Of a stretch of 20,000 bases of DNA, positions 1 through 8,100 are shown one piece after another (positions within the stretch are counted from its first letter, which is position 1; every line of letters starts with the position of its first letter). The position numbers were made by a program, and so were the translations under genes. The notes under the pieces are model-generated. The model was not told where the DNA came from. It searched no databases and saw only the letters and a program-made list of their open reading frames with translations. Location: IMG/VR virus record IMGVR_UViG_2778261060_000013. One strand, 5' to 3'. The DNA comes from an uncultured virus (IMG/VR IMGVR_UViG_2778261060_000013). Lineage: Duplodnaviria; Heunggongvirae; Uroviricota; Caudoviricetes.

Positions 1-13
1 TTATTATTTTTGT

Positions 14-50
14 GTGTAATTATTTATAGGTAAAAGGTACAGTAAAGGTA
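14..50 (+). promoter_or_regulatory. Candidate phage promoter motif GTGTAATT followed by three AGGTA copies (SD-like) upstream of ORF 55
   Basis: GTGTAATT at 14-21 recurs at 2121-2128 just before the TMP start. AGGTA occurs at 28-32, 35-39 and 46-50, ahead of ATG 55. Function is inferred. Confidence 0.45.
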
Positions 51-54
51 TATT

Positions 55-285
55 ATGGAAAAAGATATTGTCGAAAACTTTTTCTCGTTTCAGTTAAAGA
101 GAAAAATTACAGGATTATACAAGTCCTTCTTCTTCATTCTAGAAGATTTAAATTCAGAAGGTATAAAGATTCCCGAAGAAAACTATAAAAGAATACGCAA
201 ACGTATCCTTGATCAAGGGAACGATACTATTCGCGAGCTAGAAGAATATTTTGACAAATATCTTGAATTCCATAAAAATAAATAA
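55..285 (+). CDS. Small hypothetical phage protein (76 aa, helical)
   Basis: ATG preceded by AAAGGT; its stop is 1 nt before the next ATG (TAAGATG), suggesting translational coupling. Confidence 0.8.
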   Translation: MEKDIVENFFSFQLKRKITGLYKSFFFILEDLNSEGIKIPEENYKRIRKRILDQGNDTIRELEEYFDKYLEFHKNK

Positions 286-286
286 G

Positions 287-1066
287 ATGAAAAGGTTATA
301 CGAGTTTACTCTTAAAAAGAAAGAGCAAGTTGAAAAGGAAGTCCCGGACGTAAATAAGGACGGCGAGGAAATTACAGCTAAGAAAACTGTAGAAGAAGAA
401 GTTGAGAAGAAGTTCTTTTTACGCAGACCTACTCGCGCGATGTTAGACGAGGGAGAACTTTATTATGGTGTTGAGTTAGGTAAAGCTATCCGCGCTGGAA
501 TGATAACTCGGCCGCTACTTCACAAACGTTATACTAACGATGGTGGTATAATGAATGAACTTCAGCAGAAAGCTTTTGACGAAATAACAAAAGAGCTGCG
601 AGAGATATATGCTGAGCAGGAAGTAATCAATCAAATTGATGAAAAGAAAAGAACCAACGCTCAGAAGAAAAAGCATAAAGAGCTAGAAGACAAAGCCAAG
701 CCATATCTTGAAACTATGAGAAGATATAACATGGCAGAAGAATCTATTTTTGAAGATACTGCAGAATCCCGCGCCAGAAACAAAGCTATCCTATGGTGGG
801 TATTGTTCATGTCATATAATGATGACGAAACACCATTTTTTGATAAGGGAGACTTTGACGATAGAATCGAAAAATACGATGAAATCGACGAAGGCCAAGA
901 CCCTTTTCTGACTTCTGCTGTAGCAGAGTTTACCTATAATATTAGTTTGTGGTACTTTGCGCGTCCTAATAGCACCGAACAGTTCGAAGAGTTAAAGAAA
1001 GGTGTTAACGAATTAGAAGAAGAAGAGGAGGAGCCAAAGGAAGACAAAAAGGCTAAAAAGAAGTAA
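287..1066 (+). CDS. Putative tail assembly chaperone (G-like), 259 aa
   Basis: ATG 287 is preferred over TTG 251 because it is coupled to the upstream stop. Charged, coiled-coil-rich protein two genes upstream of the TMP, the usual chaperone position. Shares motifs with the next ORF. Function rests on synteny. Confidence 0.6.
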   Translation: MKRLYEFTLKKKEQVEKEVPDVNKDGEEITAKKTVEEEVEKKFFLRRPTRAMLDEGELYYGVELGKAIRAGMITRPLLHKRYTNDGGIMNELQQKAFDEITKELREIYAEQEVINQIDEKKRTNAQKKKHKELEDKAKPYLETMRRYNMAEESIFEDTAESRARNKAILWWVLFMSYNDDETPFFDKGDFDDRIEKYDEIDEGQDPFLTSAVAEFTYNISLWYFARPNSTEQFEELKKGVNELEEEEEEPKEDKKAKKK

Positions 1067-1088
1067 TTTAGTTGTGTTAAAACCAAAT

Positions 1089-1116
1089 GCCCCCCTTAAC
1101 CGGGGGGCTTTTCTTT
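1089..1116 (+). terminator. Intrinsic terminator-like hairpin
   Basis: GCCCCCC-TTAACC-GGGGGGC (7-bp all-GC stem, 6-nt loop) followed by TTTTCTTT, 22 nt after the stop at 1066. Confidence 0.75.
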
Positions 1117-2115
1117 ATGGAAAAACAGTATCTAAAGTTAATATTTTCTGAAATTATAGAAGGGTATTCTTTAGTAAACTCTAAACTGTTTGGGGAACTA
1201 AAGATTAAACATATTAATAACTTCGATGCTGCAAAAACAGATATAAAAAATCATTACTACTTTGAGAAAGCTGTAGATCAAGGACTGCCAAAACGAGAAG
1301 AAAAGATAGAGTATTTAATTAAAGAGAAACTGTGGGATCCTGAAAAAGATAAAGAAGCTACTCGTTTAGAAGAGATGCTAAAAGGCATGAGAAAGACTAA
1401 ATCTAAACTCATACTTCAAACCCAGATAGACGCAATAAAAAAAGAAATAGAGGAAAACGAAAAAAACCTAAATCAAATCTTAGCAGAAAAAGAATCTATT
1501 ATAGGTTTTACCGCAGAAGAATACGCAAATAGAAGAATAAACGAGTATTATATGCATGTGTCTATTTTAGACAAAGATGAAAATCAGTTGTTTAAAGAAG
1601 ATGAGTTTGATGAACTAGAGGAAAACCAAGTTCAGGAGATAATGTATGTATACGGCAAAAACAATGAAAAGTTTAAAGCAGAAATTTTAAAAAAAATAGC
1701 TCTGTCAGACTTTTTTACAAATATCTTTTATCTATGCGATGACAATCTCTACAACTTCTACGGAAAGCCTGTAATAAATCTCACTTTTTACCAGATAGAA
1801 ATATATAGTTATGGTAGATATTTTAAGAGTATTATTCAGAACTCTGAGGATAAGATTCCAGACCACATAGTAGAAGATCCCGAAAAACTAATAGAGTGGG
1901 CACAGTCTAGCAAGAACGTCAAAGAAGCCCTAGAAAGAAGTTCTGTGGGCGATCAAGAGGGCGCCGCGTCTAGTATCGTAGGAGCTACGACGCAAGACCT
2001 AGCAAAAGCAGGTATCAACAAAGACGAGGATGTTATAGATATATCTAAAGCCGCGCAAGAAAAAGGCGGTAGATTGACTATGGAAGATATGATGAAATTA
2101 CACGGTGTTAAGTAA
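1117..2115 (+). CDS. Putative tail assembly chaperone (GT-like, pre-TMP protein), ~332 aa
   Basis: Directly upstream of the TMP. ATG 1117 is preferred because ATG 1087 would translate the hairpin (MPPLTGGLFF). The N-terminal ~200 aa resemble ORF 287-1066, followed by an extra C-terminal region (FYGKPVINLTFYQ...DPEKLIEW). Confidence 0.6.
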   Translation: MEKQYLKLIFSEIIEGYSLVNSKLFGELKIKHINNFDAAKTDIKNHYYFEKAVDQGLPKREEKIEYLIKEKLWDPEKDKEATRLEEMLKGMRKTKSKLILQTQIDAIKKEIEENEKNLNQILAEKESIIGFTAEEYANRRINEYYMHVSILDKDENQLFKEDEFDELEENQVQEIMYVYGKNNEKFKAEILKKIALSDFFTNIFYLCDDNLYNFYGKPVINLTFYQIEIYSYGRYFKSIIQNSEDKIPDHIVEDPEKLIEWAQSSKNVKEALERSSVGDQEGAASSIVGATTQDLAKAGINKDEDVIDISKAAQEKGGRLTMEDMMKLHGVK

Positions 2116-2120
2116 AAAAA

Positions 2121-2134
2121 GTGTAATTTAATAC
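2121..2134 (+). promoter_or_regulatory. Candidate promoter motif GTGTAATT directly upstream of the TMP start (possibly leaderless)
   Basis: AAAAAAAGTGTAATTTAATAC-GTG; same octamer as 14-21; no SD before GTG 2135. Confidence 0.45.
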
Positions 2135-5100
2135 GTGGCTACAGAAAAGTTACGGGCAGAATTAGAGATATTAACGGCAAAGGCTGAGAAGGATTTGGCA
2201 AGGGTTGACAGGTCCTTAGCTGGTGTCGAAAAAAGAGTTGCGTCTATAGGAGGTAAAGGGGGCAAGTCCCTTAAGCCTTTGGGCGAAGGTTTGTCGGCCG
2301 CGACTGTAAACGCCAATGAGTTTGAGAAGTCAATGGCAGCAGCGAATGCCCGTGTTATCGCGTTCGGTGCTTCTGCGGGATTAATTTTACAAGTCCAAAG
2401 AGCTTTAAAAGAAACTGTTCGTGCTACTATAGAAGTAGAAAAATCTTTAACCGATATTAACGTAGTATTAAATACTAATACTAAAGGTCTGCAAAAATTT
2501 GGAGATAGTTTATTTAAGATAGCTGGTCAGACTGGACAAGGATTTAAAACTGTAGCCGTAGCTGCAACAGAACTTGCTAGGCAAGGCTTGAGTATGGAGA
2601 AAACTCTTCTTCGTACTAAAGACGCTTTAATCTTAACAAGGCTGACTGGAATGGGAGCTGAAGAAGCTGTATCATCTCTAACTGCAGCAGTCAACTCTTT
2701 TAATAAAGCTGGTATTACCTCTGCTCAGGTAGTTAATAAAATGGCAAAGGTCGATCAGGCTTTTGCTGTTAGTTCTGACGACTTAGCTAAAGCTATTTCT
2801 CGTGTTGGTTCGTCTGCTGTTGATGCAGGAGTTAGCATGGATGAACTTCTTGCTATTACTACCGCTGTGCAGCAGAGAACTGCTCGTGGTGGCGCTGTCA
2901 TTGGTAACGCCTTCAAAACTATTTTTACTAGGATTGGCAGAACTGACGTTCAGAAAAAACTAGCTGGTATAGGAGTTGCAACGAGAGATATGCAAGGACA
3001 AATGCTCCCTGCTACAAGAGTTTTGGAAAACTTGTCAACAAAATTTCAAGAGCTAAGTAAAAGTCAGCAAAACCAAATAGCAGAAAGCGTCGCTGGTGTT
3101 TTCCAAGTTAATATTTTACGTGCGGCTTTGGGCGATCTTTCTAGTAAGTATGGCGTTTATAACAGAGCGCTAAAAGAATCTGCTAGCGCAACAAATGAAG
3201 CTTACTTAAAAAACCAGCAGTTAAATCAAACACTTGATGCTTTAGTAAATAAAACTTTAGCTAATCTTACCAAAGCAGGAGCTGCGATAGGCGGCGCGAC
3301 TTTGAAGCCTGCTATTGAGAATGTTTTAGGTTTGGTTAATAGCGCTATAGGGGCTTTTGGGGAAGGAGGAAGATTCGAAGAGTTTGGTAAAGGAATAGGA
3401 AAAGATATAATGAAGGGCATCGGTAATTTTATAGCCGGTCCCGGATTAGTTGTGGTAACTGCAGGTATAGCCAAGTTAGCTTTTAGTTTCGCAAAATTTG
3501 CTGGAGATGCTTTAAAAGGATTTGCTGACATAGGTAGACAAGCTGCAAATAGAAAAGCTTTAGAAGCACAAATAACCGCAGAACTGCAAAGACAGCCAAA
3601 TATAATAAGACAAATAGAAAGAGGGGAGCTGTCTGCTGCTAACGCTGCTAAGGACATGCTAGCAGCGATGAAAGCTTCAAATCTAGAAGCTTCGAAACTT
3701 GCTGTAACTACTTCAAGAATATCTGCTAGTATGATGGGGATGGGTGCTCTTAGAAGACCCGGTCGAGCCCAAGGCTTTATTCCTAACTTCGCCGATCCGA
3801 ATGCAGAAAGAGCTTCCGCCGCTATGGGCGGATATAAAGCTGGAGCTATTAAAACTATGAACATCCCGGGGCAAGGCTCCGTTATGTATAATAGCGCAGA
3901 AACTGTTAAGAGATTCCCGGGTATGCAGCAGCCTGCTATTATGCCACCGCAAGGAAGCCGCGCTGGTTCTAATTATCAAAAAGCTTTCGGCGCTGCACAC
4001 GGCTTTGATCCTTACGCCGCTGGTGGATTTGTCCCTAACTTCAACAAGATGAGCGTAAAGCAACTTTTTGGATTAGATAGAAACGCTAAAATTAGAGATA
4101 TAAATGTAAACGAACAAAGGTCAAAGCAACTAGAAGATGCTGCGGCAGCAGGAAAATTAAGGTTCGATGATTATAGCGATAATCCAGCGATAGCAGCTGC
4201 TGTAACAAGAGGTAAATTAAGAGCTCAAGGCGCTAAAACAGAGCAAGTAGGTAAGAACTATACTCACAACGCAAGTTACCTAGGACTTTTAGGATTAGAA
4301 GGATCGCATCTGGGCACGAGCACAACATCTCTTGGTAAAATAGCTAGATTTGCTGATGCAGGGCTAGATCCTAGATTATTAAATAGAAAAGTTACCTTTA
4401 CCAACATGCAAGCTAACTCTATAGATGAGATAACTAAAGGTAGCACTCAGGTAAATAAATCTAAATTTTCTGATCTCATTTCGGAAAAAATGACAACCCC
4501 GGTGTCTCAAATAGCGAATGAGATCTTTAAAAAAGGTTTAGGAGACGATCATAAAGTCGCAGTAGCTGATTTACAAAAACAATTTAAAGGAAATCACCAA
4601 TTACTGCCTCCGGGCGCAGAAGGAAGTATATTTGAAGCGGCCGTTAACTTAGGGTTATTAACAACTAAAAAAAGTCCGAAGGCAAGATTAGATGCCTTTG
4701 ACCAAAGCACTAAAGGAGCCCAAAAACCTTTTGACTTTGAAGAGTCAGGAAGAGCTAAACCTCCTTTTAGAGATATCTTTCACTTTGAGGATAACCTTCT
4801 CTACGCAGACGCTAAAAGAACTATAGATAATAAGAGCATGGGCACGCTAATTAAAAAGGCCTACAATCAAGGCGTACCCGGGCTGCCCGGATTAGAGCTA
4901 CTCGAAGGGGGAGCAACTGTCGCAAAGGGCGCGAAAAAAGTTAAAGCTTTCGGCCATGTGCCAAACTTCTCTCCGTTAGGAGACGCCATCACAAGAGAAA
5001 GAGCGGCCGGTGTTCCTAGGTCTGCTATTAGAGTTGGCGCAAGCGCTTCATTGAAAAGTGCGGGTAATCCCGCCGGACTGGGAGTATACAATACTATAGA

Positions 5101-8100
5101 CGAACCAGCAGGTTTACACCAAGGAATTAGCAGGTCTAGAAGAATGGGCGTAAATCCAAAAGCTCATGGAGTGCCTAATTTTGCTAAGCCCTTTATAGAC
5201 ATGCCAGCGGGTTATGTGATGCCGGGAGCTTCTCCAGTCGCAGAATCTAGGACTCGAATAGAAGGCAGAGAAGGTCCTAAAAAAATAAATGAGGGTGGGA
5301 CAAAGATAAAAAAAGCTGCTGACACGATGAAAGCAGCTACGGATAAGCTAACGGGCGCTGGAGGATTGATGGCTCTATCTAGTATAGGCTATATGGCAGC
5401 CCCTGCCTTACAGCGAGCTACTGGCATGGATCCGCGCATAATGGACACTGGAATGATGGCGTTAGGAGGTCTAGGCGCAGCTCAAATGTTCTTGGGTTCA
5501 GACGCTGAAGGAGATAGTAAGAGAAGAGGAGCTAGAGAGTCTTTCTCTAGGTCAAGACGTGCCGCTCAGCTTAGAGCTACAAGAGCTGGGGCTACTGCTG
5601 GGAGAGGAGCAGGCGTCATGAGAGGGCTTAAGGCTGCTGGCGCCAGCATACTAGGCCTGCCTAAAGGAAAGGTCACTCCCGGAGGAGCTTTGAAAGGTTT
5701 AGCAAGGAGAGCGGCCTTGCCTGTAACCGCTTACGCCGCAACAGCGGCATATTTCAAAGGGGCAAATGAAAGTGAAGAAGAGAGAAACTTTAGATTAGCC
5801 CAAGAAGCTTTAACGAAAGCTCAAGAGTCGGACTCTAGGCCTATTCTAGAACAATTAGGAGCAGGAGTAAGCCAGTTTTCTGGAGGGTTCCGAACTAGTT
5901 CTTCGAAAGTAAGGCAACAGCAGTTTGGTGATATTAGGAACATGGTTTATGGCAAAGGCGGGCTAATGGAAGGAGCGGACACGGAAACTTCTAATATCGT
6001 GGGAGAAGCTTTTTCTGAATTCACTAATTCCTTTACTAGAGGAGCGCTAGCTGTAGAGTCCGCAGGGGAAAAATTTAATAAAGCTATAGCTGACGTTGCC
6101 GATAACCTTAGCGATAGGATGCGCGAGTTAGAGAATAGACAACTAATAACCGGTATACAGAAAGACTTCGCAGATCCTAAATTAGAGAGTAAGCCTATAC
6201 CCGGGTTTACGCAGGTGCTAAAGCGCGGAAAATTCGTTGACGCAGGTCCAGACGGAGCTCCAGAAGGAGCTAGGACAAGAGAGTTTTTCTTCGAAGGAGC
6301 TGCTAACGTAAAAAGAAGAGGTAAGGATTTAGCAGAGCGGATTATGGGCATGGCCGCTTCCCCTGATGAAATATTTAGGAATATATTAGCAGCAGAACAA
6401 CAACATGGCGGTACATTAGAGCAAAATTTACAAAGAATAGATTTATTTGATGACCCAACTTATAAAAAAGTCGACCGAGGCGTTTTTGGCGGGCTTTTTG
6501 GCGCTGATCATAAAGCGGGCAGGGCGAATGATCCTAATCTAAAAGCAGGCAGATTTGGTTTGGCTATGCTAGGCATTAGCCCCAAAATACAGGATCAGTT
6601 AAATGTTATAGATCCAGAAACTTTAAAAGCAGCAGAAGACGAGCTTCTTAAAATGTTCCAGAAGGGCGGTAGATTTGGACCCGGAGCTAACAGAGCTTTT
6701 AGGGCTGGCGGAGACCTCAAGGGGGTTAGTGTAGCTGGAGTAGATACATTTATGGAAAGAAGTGACGCGATGAGTGCTTCTACAGCAATCCAAATAGAAA
6801 AGCGTCGCACTGCTATGCTTATAAGCGATTTAAAAATTAGCCAAAAAACTAATTTATTAAGGAGGCAACATCAGGACGCTTTAATTGCTAGCACTAGGGG
6901 TATTTATGCAGAGTCTGACATAAAACTTAGAGAAGCTAAATTACAGAATAAGATAGCACATGATATAGAAGCAGAAGATATAAAATCTAGAATAGAAATA
7001 GCTAAGCAGCAACAAAGAGAATCTGCCGCAGGCATAGTGGCGGATGCAATAAGAAAAAGCCCATCTCAGGCTTCAGATTTACGTGGAGCTCGTTTTGATA
7101 TAGGAGGCATGGACATATTAGCAGCTCGGGATGATTTAATTGATACCCAAAGAAAGTTAGATAATCCTTTTGAATTATCGCCAGAACAGAAAAACTTGTT
7201 AGAGGTAAGGAAAAAACTTTTAGCGCTTAGGATAAAAACTTTAGGCGTTTTAGAGACTGAAAACGCCCTAACTATAGAAAATGCGCAAAAGCTTACGGCT
7301 GCCAATCAGAACGCTGATAAACAAAACGAAATAGATCGACAAATAATAGAAAATAAATATAAATACAATAGAGTTCTCGATATGGAGATAAAGCAAAAAG
7401 AGTTGCAGCTTCAGGTCGACAAAAATAGATTTCTTAGAACTGATTTGTTAACAGGCAGGATAACTGGACAGCAGTTTGCTTCAGGAAGAGCTAGGGAGCG
7501 CTCCATGCGCAGAGATGCAGAGGGTATGGCTGGGCAGCCTATGGTTGGTTTTGGGACAATAATGCAAGAAAGGTTTGCGTACGGCCCAAGAAATGCAGCC
7601 GAAGATTTCGAGCAAGGTATGGCTGACGTTGCTGACACAATCAAAGGCGGCATGAAAGACTCTATCAAGGGCCTTATCTCTGGCGCAGAAGATTTCAAGT
7701 CTGCCTTAAGAAACGTGATGGACAAACTTCTGGATAAAACTTTAGACACGGGACTTGAGGTAGTGGTAGGTAATTTGTTCGGCAAGCTTGGTAATTTTGC
7801 TGGCCGCGCTGGCGGTGGCGGGTTTGGGTTTGGTGGATTTCTTAACCAAGGTGGTATTGTCAGGGGTGGTTCTGGGGTCAAAGACGACGTCATGACGTTT
7901 ATGCAGGGCGGAGAGTATGTTATTAAGAAAAGTGCCGCTCAGAAAATAGGTTATGGCACGCTTAATGCAATAAATAGTTACTCATCTGGCGGCAAAGCTA
8001 GAGTATCTTTAGCAAAAGATTTCATGTATACTGGCGATGACCCTACAAGGCCAACGGGAGGAGGGTTCAAAGTAAGCAGAGGGCTATCTACAAGAGCTTT

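Noticed and set aside
251..286. TTG start at 251
   Set aside because: It overlaps the upstream gene; ATG 287 directly after the stop is more plausible.
1043..1080. Programmed -1 frameshift at AAA AAG codons joining the two chaperone ORFs
   Set aside because: No perfect X XXY YYZ heptamer (C AAA AAG, T AAA AAG), and the -1 frame has stops at 1054, 1069 and 1078.
1087..1116. ATG start at 1087
   Set aside because: The extra 10 codons are just the hairpin and T-tract; ATG 1117 is preferred, though 1087 is not strictly excluded.
3773..5182. Intein in the TMP or gpJ insertions
   Set aside because: No C/S...HN-[CST] splice junctions or LAGLIDADG motifs were seen.
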